From contig OX597829.1 in NCBI GenBank assembly GCA_951406725.2, forward strand, positions 57,660,001 through 57,724,000: a stretch of 64,000 nucleotides of DNA, given 5' to 3'. The notes under the pieces were generated by a model, which did not search any database, had not been told where the DNA came from, and was given only the letters and a program-made list of their open reading frames with translations. Source of the stretch: Octopus vulgaris (lineage: Eukaryota). A program made the position numbers and the translations under genes. This document shows, one piece after another, positions 40,590 to 54,100 of this stretch (position 1 is the stretch's first letter; every line of letters starts with the position of its first letter).

Positions 40590-42694
40590 ACTGTGTTTAT
40601 CAATCAAAGGTGAGCACTAATTATACATATACACATATGCATACATACTGTCTCGTTAAAACAATAATTTATATATTATCTTTTAATAAGACAGCATTAG
40701 AGTCTAGTGAAGGCTAAGCAGGCTAAAACTTTGACGTCTCTGTCAATTCTATTCTTGTTAAAGAATAATAAATTTGTAGTCTTGCATTGAGCAATCCTTC
40801 AGTTAAATATAAAATTGTTTTTATTATAAGTTGATATGGAAACAATTATTAATATCTCCCTTAACATAGATATTCTATTAAAAGCCACAAAACTGTGGTA
40901 TTTGTCTCAAGACATCTTCTCATATGGATGTATAATACTGAAAAACACAGAAGTGTATAAATAACAGATGTAAAGTATTCATTGACATCTATGAAATGAA
41001 TGAAACCATGATTTCTGAATTTTTGCATGTCATCAGCAGCCATTATCCACCCTATCACTTAGAAGAAATTTATCTCCTACTGATATAGAAAAACTGTGAC
41101 TAATTAAATGACTGGTGTCACAAATGGTTGGCAGACTAGGTTAAAACTTGTTATTAGCAATGGATACAGTGCATTATTTTTCTAAAACAATAGAAGTAAA
41201 ATTTGTGTAAGCCTGTGCTTAATAATGGATCTTGCTACAGGTGATGCTAAAGAAAAGAAATCTAGACTCAGCAAATTTCACCCCTCAGTTCTGGATACCT
41301 TTTCTCTACTACTCATGCACTTGCCTGCTTTTTAGCACCAAATGTGCACATGGGATACTTTCTTTTGATGAATACTGCAGTTGTGTAGCTTTTTATAGTC
41401 TGTCCTTCTTAGCTAAGACATACAAAAGGCTATATGTGCATTTTTGTGCATTTGTGTGTGTGTGTTTAAATATATGGCTGTCTACATATATATATGTATG
41501 AATATATAATACATTGTATGCTTCTTTTCTTTCGTATTTTGCACCCTTTCAAAGGTGACAATATGAATATATATTTACATATATGTGTGTGTGTGTGTGC
41601 ATGTTTATATACATGTAAAGTGTGAAACGTATCCAAAGATTAGGCTCAGCTGTGGCTTTCACACCTCCACACCAGTATCCAGTGTGCTACAACACAAGGC
41701 ATCAACATGGTAGGCCAGTGTGCAGAATATGAACCAAAGAATAGAAAGGATGATAAATAAGCAGAAAACATTTAAGAAGCCAATACTTTATAGAACATAC
41801 ACGCGTCTCATTTGTATGCCATAATAATTACATAACAGTTTCCACTTCACCTCATCAGTGTATTTATTGCTATTCACTAATGAGGTGAAGGGCAAGACTG
41901 CATTATGTTTTGTATTATGTAAGTAATTGCTGTGGCATTTTGATGAAATGCACATATGTTCTATAAAGTATTTAATATCATAGCTGTTTTCTGCTTAACT
42001 ATTATATATATGCACATATATACTATATATATATATGTATATTCTTACTTTTACAAAACACATGCACAATATTATATACAGTGTTGTTTAAACTCATGAC
42101 AATACTTTGACTTTATAAGACAAATTTCAAGCTCATCTTATTCAGCACTCTGCTTGTGGTCATACTTCTGTTCTCAGAGCAAATGCCAACATGCATTCAA
42201 GCACAGCATCTACATTCATATTCATCAACATGCACTCTGTACAATCATACACAAACTGCTCCATCTTGTATTTCATGAAACAGAAAAACAAATTTGCATA
42301 AAGGAAAAGTAGCAAAATTAAAATTAACTTAAATTAAATTTTGACAATTTTTAACCCTTTTAACAAAATGTGTTATTCCCTACTCTGTCTGCTGGTGTGA
42401 ACTTAAAAAAATAAATATCTAGCTTAACCCTTTAGCATTCAGATATTTCTCTGTCAAATGTAATGCTGTATATATTCACATTGTTTTGAATTAATCATGC
42501 ATTATCTCATAGCTTTGAGATTTTCATGATGTAATTGTTTATTTTTAGAATAACATTGTAGGGTCGGTGTGAGATGCCAGATCTGGCTACTTTCAACATG
42601 AAACAGGTAGAATATTTGTGCCAGATATGGCCAGTTTAAATGCTAAAGGGTTAATTGTGAATCATCACCAAATATACATACACTGTATATGTAT

Positions 42695-42754
<60 letters not shown>

Positions 42755-44016
42755 ATATGTATGTATATATATGTATATATATGTATATATATCATATATA
42801 TATATATTTATAAATGCACTCTACATAGATATTGATAATATTTGCACTGTTATGTGTTAAAATGGTTCACATAATCATTATTTTAAAAAAAAACGTCCAG
42901 TCAGTCAGATTTTTCCTTTCATTAAGTGAAATTAAGTAAATATGTAAATAGTCAAATAAGGACAAATAAAATGCATAATTTTAAATAGAAATTTTACTTA
43001 GGTATGAGAATGTACATTAAATTTTTATTATAATATTTAAATATTAGCACACACACACACACATATACATACATACATATACATATATATAGGTAGATAG
43101 GTAAAAAGATAGGTAGATAGGCAGGTAAATCAATCAACAGATAGGAAGGATGGAAGGCAGATAGATATAAGTGTATAAGCACACACACACCCACACACAC
43201 ACAGTAGTTTTTATAGTAATTATTCAGCTTTTCTTTTTTTTTTTTTCGGGTTTTCTCTAAATTATTTTCTCTAAAATAAATTTGTAGTTAATTACTATAA
43301 GCTAATTATTATAAAATTATCTTTTGCCTTTTACATGTTTCAATCACTGGACTGCAGCCATGAATGGCCACCACCTTGAAAGGTTTAATCAAACAAATTG
43401 ATCCCAGTACTTACTTTTGAAGCCTGGTATTTAACTTATTGGTCTCTTTTATTGGACAGCAAAGTTACAAGGATGTAAATAAACCAACACTAATGTTCAA
43501 GTTGTGGTGGGGGGACAAACACAAACGTAAAGATAACACACATACACACCCACACACATGAATATGTATATCAATTTGATTACACAACTGAAAGAGATTT
43601 TAATAGTTTCATGCTATTATGATACTTGAGCAGGGGTCTTTATAAAATATGCCATGTGTCTTAAAGCAAACTTTGGAGCTCTGTTTATGTGTTTATATAT
43701 AAATATGTGACAAGCTTCATTCAGTTTCTGTCTACCAAATTCACTCACAAATTTTTGTTTGGTCCAAAGTGCCATGCAGGAGGACTGAAACCTTGACCAT
43801 GTGGTTTAGAAGAAACCTTCTTACCACAGAAATCTTTAGTTAGTCTCCTGATCAAAAATAAAAGTAATAGGTTTTCTAATAAAAATTAATAACATCTGTT
43901 TCTGCAAAATTAAGGAAACATAATATAGAATTGATTATAATAATTCATTAATCCCTGCAGTATAATCCATTTATATCTAATCTGAATTGGATATACTGTA
44001 AAGGAGCAATAACATA

Positions 44017-44055
<39 letters not shown>

Positions 44056-44494
44056 AATGTGTGTGTGTATGTCTCCATTTAGTGTTAACTGTCAGAAGAA
44101 TGAGTACTCAATTCCACACTAGATGGGGTTAAGTGAGTCTCTTCGTGCGATGCTGAGCTTCTCCCAGAGGTGGACAACATCTTCAGGCAAGTCACGATTG
44201 GAAATTGATGAGGTTTACACATTCATATTTAGTTTTCCCTCTTTCTTTTCCTTTTCATTTTCTTTCTGTTACACTCTTTTCCTTTTTTTTTTTTCTCTCT
44301 TCCCTTTCTCTTCTTTATTCCTTTTCCCTCTTTATCATACTTTCTCCTCATCACAGCACCCTGTGCCAAGAAAACTATGTATAAATGTGTAAACTCCCAA
44401 CAAGTCCTCAGTCATAACTTGTTTGAAAATCATATGCATCTACAGATGAAACTCAGAGTAACAAAAAACTGATTAGACCAAAGTAAAACATCAA

Positions 44495-44527
<33 letters not shown>

Positions 44528-46113
44528 ATTTTGAAAAAAGAAAAATTAACATAATTTATCAACCAATAAGACACGGCCTTCCTCCCTGATGAGACTCAGT
44601 GTGCTAACTGTTTCTGTTCTAACACTACAATATGTTTCATCTTTATAGTGTCTGTCTGCATTGTGGGTCCTCTGGTGAGGTGGTTATTAGAACCCTCAAT
44701 TCCTCTTTCTTTCTTTTTTAGATTTCACTGATATCGTGATATTCTCTATCTTTCATTTTCTTTAATTTTTTTTTTTTTTTTTCTGGTGAGGTTTACTGAA
44801 GAAAGCCTTCTCTTCAATTAGTTAATGCTCTATTGAGATCTCAAATGACTAGCAAGTCCAGCTTCGCACAAACTGACCCCACAGGAGACGCCACAAATAT
44901 TTTCAGGCCCAAATTTTAGGCAAAATATTCGCACTTATTCAGTTAGGTTGAATAACATGAACATTTCAGCTATTTTTCCTAGGCTGATTTTCTGCCAAGA
45001 TTTGGGCACGATGATAAAAATGTAAATTTAGTGGGTCAAGGGAAGCAATCTCCCAGGAATTGTTGCACTAATTATTTCCCTTGATGCATGTTGGTCAACC
45101 GGTGCTAACTTGACAAAATAATGTTACATATATAAATTTACACACTCTCACACACAAATACACGCAGACACACACACGCAAAGCTTTATTCTTTATCAAA
45201 CAGGAACTCCCTTTGGTGAAATACTAGCCCACCTCACCCTACATTTTACCCCTTTCTTTTATGCAGCCACCCATCTATGAAACATATACTATATATATAT
45301 ATAAGGCACACATAATGCACAAGCCTTTCTGTGCATGTATTATGCACATCAGTATAGAGGGAGTTGGTTGTGGTTTTTCATTATCATTTAAGTAATAATG
45401 TTAATGTAAAAAATGACCAACTTTAATCCTATTCATTTCAAAATCTGTTACACTTTGACTAAAAATTAATGCATGGCAGGAATAATTTAGTTAAGAGTAG
45501 CTGTTAAATATATCTAACGTATATTTATAATAAATTTTTAGAATAAATATGTTAATTTACTTTATAACATATTTTTAATGACTAACTTGCAATTATATTT
45601 ACTAATAAATAATTGCTATCTACATCAGCATTTTAAACAGGCAGCTAAAAAATTTATAAAATTTGTTGAAAATATTTATTTAGTGAAAATTTTTAATATT
45701 TTGTGGAAATAGGGAATAATAATCACTAAGTATAACTGTACATTTTCTAATAAAACAAAAATATATATATATATGAGGCATTATCGCTGTGTTGACCAGA
45801 CTATTAAATGTTGCTATATAACGTTAGTGACAATGTGCTTCTTTGCATTGTTTTAGGTTTCAAATGAGGCTGTCCCTGTAGCAAAGCATTCCCCTTGAAC
45901 AGAATGGTAGTCCGTCACAGGGTGTCCCATTTGCGGCTGAGTGGACTGGAACAATGTGAAATGAAGTGTTTTGCTCAACAACACAATGCACCACCTGGTT
46001 CAGGAATTGAAACCAGAATCTTATGATCATGAGTGCAACACTAAGCCACACAACTTAAGATACACACACACACACACACAAACATATATATGTTTATAAT
46101 GTGTGTGTATGTC

Positions 46114-46162
<49 letters not shown>

Positions 46163-49098
46163 GTGTGTGTGTATATATATATATATATGTATATGTATTT
46201 ATGCATGAATCACTGTATTGACCAGACTATCAGAAGTTGTCTTACACTGCTGGTCACTATGCGCTTCCTCATTTTGTCCATCTTTCTAATGATGCCAACC
46301 CACTAGTGAGCAGGCCAGCCAGCATTCCCTATGGTTAGAATGCCAGTCCATCGCAAAGTTACCCATTTACAGTTGCATGGACTTGAATAACATGACATGA
46401 GATGTTCTTTTCAAGAACATAATGCTTCAATGGCCTGGGAACTGAAACTACAATCTTGCAATCACAAATGCAACACCCTAACCACTAAGCCAGGCATCTT
46501 CACATATTAGGCATTATATTGCAAAAAAAAAGGGATAAAAAAGAAAGAAAGAAAAAAAGAAACCGGAAAATTTAAAAAATATATACAATTTATGTGCAGG
46601 AAAATATAAAGCACAAATTTTCACATTCTAAAATATTTCACGGCTGGTTTTCCACTACAGAATATGATTTCACTTATATATATCTTTATATATATATATT
46701 TATTATTTTTTTTTAATTTTTAAAAATTATTGTTGAAATGTCTGTTCATTTGATTGGATTTTGGTTTTTGGATTCCTTATTGAGAACTAGTGTGAATTCC
46801 ATTGTAGTTATTAGATTTTAATTCATTGGTGACTGTGGTTATTGTTGGGGATCAAAATCAAGAAAAAAATATAGTCTTTGGTGTACACCTTGCAGAAATT
46901 TAGATAATGTTAAAAAAACAAAACAAATACTATAAATCTAAGTCACAGTAGAGCTGAGAATAATAATGACGAAAATGTGCTTCTACACTCCTCAAACTGT
47001 GGAACTCCTGAACCAAAGAACCAAATACCCACAACTAGATGCAGCTTCAAGTCATACATTGGTCTTCATTAGCTGAAATATCTCATCTGTGAGTGCAGTG
47101 GGAACAGATGATAGTTGTACTTCAGTAACTGAACTGGTTGTTCCTGGCCATTGACAGTTTGCCTGTCTGTTCCCCCTTTCTATTGACATTTGCCATTAGT
47201 TCAATGAGATTCACTTGTTGAAATAGTTTACATCCACCATGCTGTATCTTATGATTTCAATTTACTCAGCTTGGGCCCTAACAAATGCTACAATCAGACC
47301 TGGAAATAGAAGTTGTTTAGACATGGTTCCACATTCCTTACAATCATGATAGTCCAGGAGACTGGGGCTCCAATATTAGATGCATTAGTAGCCCTTTTTT
47401 TGGATGCCCACTTATGGGTTAAATAACATGTAACTACTCAAGACGGGGTAAGTTGAAATCATGGTGTGACTGAAGTGACCTGTTTCAGCAGATGAATCTC
47501 ACTGAGTTAATGGTGAATATCAAAAAATATGGAGCAGATGAACAGACAGCAAACTCAATGGCCAAGATTAACTAGTTCGGTTAGTGAAGTACTGCTATCA
47601 TTTGTAGTCACGGTGTGACCAAAGGAGATATTTTAGCTAGTGAAAGACCAATGTAATTATAGTCCAGGTCAGGCAATCATGCTGCACTGCTTGATCAGTA
47701 ACATCTAATGCGAAAAAGTTGTATTGGTCCAGGCAATTTGCCTGACCAGACAATAAAAAAGAAATTTTTTAATAAGGAAAATATTTTTTTATTCTCATAT
47801 TAATAGAATATAATATTTTCTTTATGTGTTTTGTACTTACATATGTATCTATGTTATGTATAGAATGTAAGTGTATTTATATGCAATCATAAATTTATAC
47901 ATCAGTTTCAATAAACTTGTGTGTAACAGATTTTTGTGAATTCTTGTAATTTGCATGGCTGAATGTTCAGTTAACTGCTATGTAGAAAGAGCAAGCTGTT
48001 AGTAGATAGGAGAATGAGATGGTTTGTGAAAGATTTGTAAGAAAACTGTGGGGCCTGTGAGGTGGGATGTCATAGGAAAGGAGAAACAGATTGAATAAAT
48101 ATTTAATCCTTCAGCATTCAGATTTCTCTGTATTCTTAATTATCCATATTGCTTTGAATTAATCAAGCATTTTCTTGATTTCAATGACATGATTGTTCAT
48201 TTTTAGAATAACATTGTAGGGTTGGTGTGAGAAGGCAGATCTTGCCTTTTTGAAAATAAAACGGAATATTTGGGCTGGATATGGCTAGGTTTAAATGTTA
48301 AAGGGTTCAATTAAGATACTAAAGAGACAGAGAGAGAAGGAGAAGGGAGTAGGTTTTGAGAAACAGAGACTGTTATAATATCAGTTACAAAGTAGCTGGA
48401 GAGATATGGTTTACTTAGTGATCAGCACTCTGTTCTTTTTGAGTGATGTGACATATAATATACATACATGTACATTAACACAACCAGATGTATCAACACA
48501 ATCAGAACTGCATATGTTTAGATTGTAATAAAAAATATTTCACAATATTTTCTTTTTATTTCTATTTGCTTATACATCTGAAAATAGCAAAATCATATTT
48601 GTTTTGAGAAGAAAAGCTTGGTAGTCAGCAGTCTGTACTTCTGGCTAATTAACTGAAGGATCAATTAAATATGCAAATTGCAATGTGCAACTACTGCATC
48701 CTGCTAAACTTTTCAAAACATGTGTAAGCTAAATAAATTGCTGATAATGATCCTTCATTCTTTATCTTGTTTCATCTAAAATATATATATGTATATTAGT
48801 GTATGTGTATATATATATACAATCCTGGTAACCTACCCAAAGAAATTTATTCTTAACGAATTGTCTACCTATCTCTGTGACACTAGTTCTCAAGCAGGGA
48901 AATAACCAAAGTCTTATCAAAGAAAGTCACTTTTGATTGTTGTTGTTCTTTATTTTAATTTTTTTTTAATATTATGTAATTTACTTTATAAAGCATGAGT
49001 AATTTAAGCCTTAGTTTGTTTATTATTATTGCTACTACTACTATTACTACTACTACTACTACTACTACTACTATTACTACTACTACTATTACTACTAC

Positions 49099-49168
<70 letters not shown>

Positions 49169-49430
49169 GTGTGCTGGCAGTATTGTAAACATACCAGACA
49201 GAATTCTTAGTGGCATTTTTTCCTCTGTCTTCACATTCTGAGTTCAAATTCCACTGAGGTTGGCTTTGCTTTTCATCCTTTCAGGGTTGATGAAATAAGT
49301 GCCAGTTACACTCTGGGGTCAATATAATCGACTAGCCCTTCGCCACAAAACTTCAGGCCTTGCTTCTATAGCAGAGTCATCGTTGTTGTTGTTATTATTA
49401 TTATTACTATCATTATAATTATTATTATTA

Positions 49431-49465
<35 letters not shown>

Positions 49466-49981
49466 GAGTGAGAGAGCAGTTCATGCCATCAAAGTGACAT
49501 TGGGGTAAAATATACGAAGCCCAATATACCCATCATGACTACCCGTCTGATAAGGGTACACCAGGCACATGCATCACAACCATATGTGCGCGACATGGTG
49601 ATCTCATATCAAGATAAACAGCACATGACCTTGCAGGTGGGGCCCAGTTAGAATTTTCTTCAGGTTGAGTAGCCCATCCCGCTCAAAAGGTCCCTGAATA
49701 AGGGTTGTTTAAGGATGTTGAAAGAACCACCCATGTTTCCTGAGGTGAATTATTCAAACCCCAAAGAATCCCTCTCAACACATGGCTATGATGCTCCCCC
49801 ACTACTTCTGCTCGTGATCAGAGATGCACATATCGTCAGCCACTAAGGGACATGCTCAACTGTTAAGGTCAAACAACTGACAAGCAAATCTGTGGTATTG
49901 AGCAGAATATTTGCTGTAGCCCATCTTTTATTATTGTTATTATCATTATTATTATTATTATTATTATTATCATCATTATTA

Positions 49982-50040
<59 letters not shown>

Positions 50041-50296
50041 GTTATTATTCAAGTGGTGAGCTGTCAGAATTGTAAACATGCTGGACAAAATGCTTAGTAG
50101 TGTCTCTTCCAGTTTTACATTCTGAGTTCAAATTCTGCTGAGGTAGACTTTGCCTTTCATCCTTCCGGGGTTGATAAAATAAAGTCCAAGTGTCATACTG
50201 GGCTCAACGTAATCAACTAACTCCTTCCCCTAAAATTGATGGCCTTGAGCCAAAACTATTATTATTATTATATCATTATCATCATCATCATCATCA

Positions 50297-50330
<34 letters not shown>

Positions 50331-50353
50331 CATTATTATTATTATTATTACCA

Positions 50354-50384
<31 letters not shown>

Positions 50385-51129
50385 CATCATCATTATTTTC
50401 CTGTCATTATGGATTTATTCTGTCAGATCTATTTTTCAGAAATAAATCTTTTTTTTTCTACAATTTATTTATTTTATTATTTCTATTTTTTGTTTTGTTT
50501 TTTTTTTTAATAATTGCTATTATTTATTTTATTTATTATTTTCTTCTGCTGTTTTGCTCATACAATTTTAAATGTATTTTATCAGTTTGGGATGTTTGAG
50601 ACCATGTTGAGTGCCTTTATGGACGAATATCCCGAATATCTCCGAGGGAAGAAAACATTGATTTGTGCCGTTGCTTGTTTTGTGGAACTTCTGCTTGGAC
50701 TCCCCTGCATCACTCAGGTTGGCATTGGTTTATTTCTTTAGTTCTATGTTGACCAGTCATGGCAGCCAAGCTAAGAGGGACATCCTCGGAGGGTTTAGTC
50801 TAACAAATGAACTTCAGTAGTTACTTTTTAACCCAGTACTTATTCTGTCAGTGTTTTTTGGCTGAACTGCTAAGTTATGAAGACATAAACAAATCAACAA
50901 ATGGTTGTCAAGCAGTGATGGGGGGATAAACACATGCACACACACACTCACACACACACACACACTTATATACACACCACAGGCTTCTTTCAGTTTCCAT
51001 CTACCAAATCCACTCAGAAGGGTTTGGTTGAGACTATAGTAGAAGATACTGGAACCATGTGGTTGGGAAGCAAACTTCTTATCACAAGACATACATATAT
51101 ATATATTGAGAGATAGAGAAAGAAGCCTG

Positions 51130-51167
<38 letters not shown>

Positions 51168-54100
51168 CTTCTTTAGTTTTAGAAAGGTTCAGTCAGCTTG
51201 AGGCTTTAGTAGAAAACACTTTCCCAAGATGCTGTGGAATGGGACTGAGTGCAGGATGATATGGTAGAGAAGCAAACTTGATACCACACAGCCATGCCTG
51301 TGAATTATGGTAAGAATACATGTGTCTATGGCTTGGTAGAAATTGCTTCTCCAGTGATGTCTTTCAATTTCCATGTACTCAGATTTATTTTGCAGGTTTT
51401 CAAGCGGGTCTTTAGAGTGTCCTTATAAGAGAGCAATGGGTGACCTTAGTGCTTGCTATCAGAGCTATGTTGACCATAGAAGAAGGCTTTAGGTATATGA
51501 GTGTCTTCCATGGATAGCACATGGCCAACCCACCTCTTAGCCACTATTGCTCCCAGCTCTACTTTGAGCCAGCAGCACATGCAAGGATCCCAGTTATGGG
51601 TTAATAGGTCACTCTCAGACACCCTAATGGGTCCAGTGCATATGAGGCCCTTTAGCTCTCCTCTAAGTGAAGATTACTTTATGCAGATCCTGTGTTCTAA
51701 TAACTACTGGTTTTGTAACATTTGTTGCACCAGGCCAACACAGATTTGATGTCAGAGTGGGACTGGCTCAGCACAAACAATGCAAACCACTATTATAATA
51801 TTCTTCTTCATACTAAGTTAATAACTCCTAACAATTTTCTTTTTTATATTTTTCAGGGTGGAATCTATGTATTACAAATCATGGACTGGTATTGTGCAAG
51901 TTTCTCTCTGATGTTGATCTCTCTGGCAGAGTGTGTTGTCATTGCATGGATTTATGGTATATATCATATTTTGTGTGTATATATATATATATATGTACTT
52001 ATGTGTGTAAAACTACATATATTCACACACATATGCAACACATGCACACACACACATACACATACAAACATCATCCATACTTAACTTAAGTGTGTTGTTT
52101 AATGTCAGGAGCTTTTGTTTTGCATGTGGGAAAGGTCCCTTTGAAGATGTATAGTGTGAATCAAACTCAATCTATTTCTTAGCTAAATCACCCCAGAAGG
52201 GATCTCATGAGTGACAGATACATATTTTACCTTATTCGGAGCTTATCAATACAGTGCACTCGAGTCACTTCCAAAATGAAATCAAAATCTCTAACCTGAA
52301 ATATATATACACACATAGTGTATAAAATATTTGCTGATTTACAGTGGTGGAGTTGCATATGTAGAATAGGTTCAGACTGTGCAATAGATGCAGCTCCTTA
52401 ATATAAACAGTATTATTATTACCTACTTAATGTAAATGTGTTGTTTAAACACCAGAGGTTGTGTTTTCTTATCCAGGAAAGATACATTACATATATATAT
52501 AGATATTGGCATTATGTTATGCTTGAAAAGAAGATCCATCAAGCTGAGTGATATCGTAGTCATGGCAGATACTGGTGTCATGCAAATGGCACCAGTGCCA
52601 GTGGCATATAAAAACACCCACTACAGTCTCAGAGTGGTTGGTGTTAGGAAGAGCATCCAGCCATAGAAAACCATGTCAAATCAGATTGGAGTCTGGTGCA
52701 GCCTTCTGGCTTGCCAGCTCTAGTCTAACTGTCCAACCCATGCCAGCATGGACAACAGACACTAAATGATGATGATGATGATATAAGAAAATGAGATGAC
52801 AAAGAAATAAAACAATTATCTCATGAACTTCATAAGGTTATCATTTTATTCCTTTGTCATTTTCTTATTACTTTTCTATACTGGACTTACTCTTCATTCT
52901 GAAATATAAATATTTTGAGTTCTACACCTGGTTATTAATCTCACAATGCCTAAGCCATATATATATATATATATATAAAATAAGAATTTTTTGCGTAATG
53001 AGATAAAAAAAACCAGGCTGTATAGATATTAGAACATTTATAGACAGAAGGTCTTACAGCTGTTTCCAGGCTATTTATTAATTATATCCCTTCATCAGAG
53101 ATGGTGTGAGAGGATGGTTAAGTAATAGTTAATTTAGATACAATACAAAATAGAGAGTGGGGTGGAGGAAAGAAAATAGATGCAAGATATGTGGGGATAT
53201 TGAAGTTGTAGATCCATTTTTTAGGCAGAATGGTATATATGTAATATTCCAATATCCTTTGAGTAAAGTCCGAAAGTCCAACAGGGTTTAAAATAGGTCC
53301 TTTAAAATATAGAGTTTATACACAATGTAAGATTCCCTTATGAGTGAGATCCAGCGGTTTTTAAACTTGATCATTCCAAGTAGAGAATTTATATATATAT
53401 ACGTATGTGTGTATGGATGGATGGATGGATGTACATACGTACGTACTGTTTGTAATGTAATGTAATGTATGACAAAAATACAGATGGAGAAAATCACGTC
53501 TTTAATTGGTGATTCCACCATAATATACCAAAGATCGTTTCTGTCGTGTCATCATATTTAGACAGAAAAATGTATAAAATACCAGTCAAATTAATATACC
53601 TGAAAGTATAATACAAATACAGTGTTATCAAGGCAATCTGAAATTAATTAAATTCAAAGTGAGCTAAGAAAATATCTCTAATAGATGAATGCATACAAAA
53701 ATAATGTTAAGAAGAAATATAATATTCTAAGAAAACCCACTTTTGTATTTAATTTTTGATGATGTCAGTAGATAACAAAAGAATAAACATTCTATGTCAA
53801 GGCAATTAGTTAATCTATTTATCTACCTATGTAATAGTGCTTGTGATTCCCTGTTATTACTTTACACTAATAAACTGTATTTTTTCTTTAACAGCAGTTT
53901 TCTAAAGGGCAGATAATTTTGCTCTTACAATTACAAAGGCATTTATACACATGCATTTAGTACATGTTGTTAAAATAATTAGTACTAACCCATCTCTCAG
54001 AAGTAGGTATTAGAGTTGGATTATTATCAGTATTGTAATTAATATTAAAACTAGGTTTTAACTGTATTATCAGAATTGAAATTACTTTTATCTAAAGTAT

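Noticed and set aside
40330-41060. Nested protein-coding gene on the minus strand
   Set aside because: Only short open frames without recognisable motifs or a consistent splice chain.
41836-41900. pre-miRNA-like hairpin containing TGAGGT
   Set aside because: Not the let-7 seed (TGAGGTAG); it is the centre of a larger foldback repeat.
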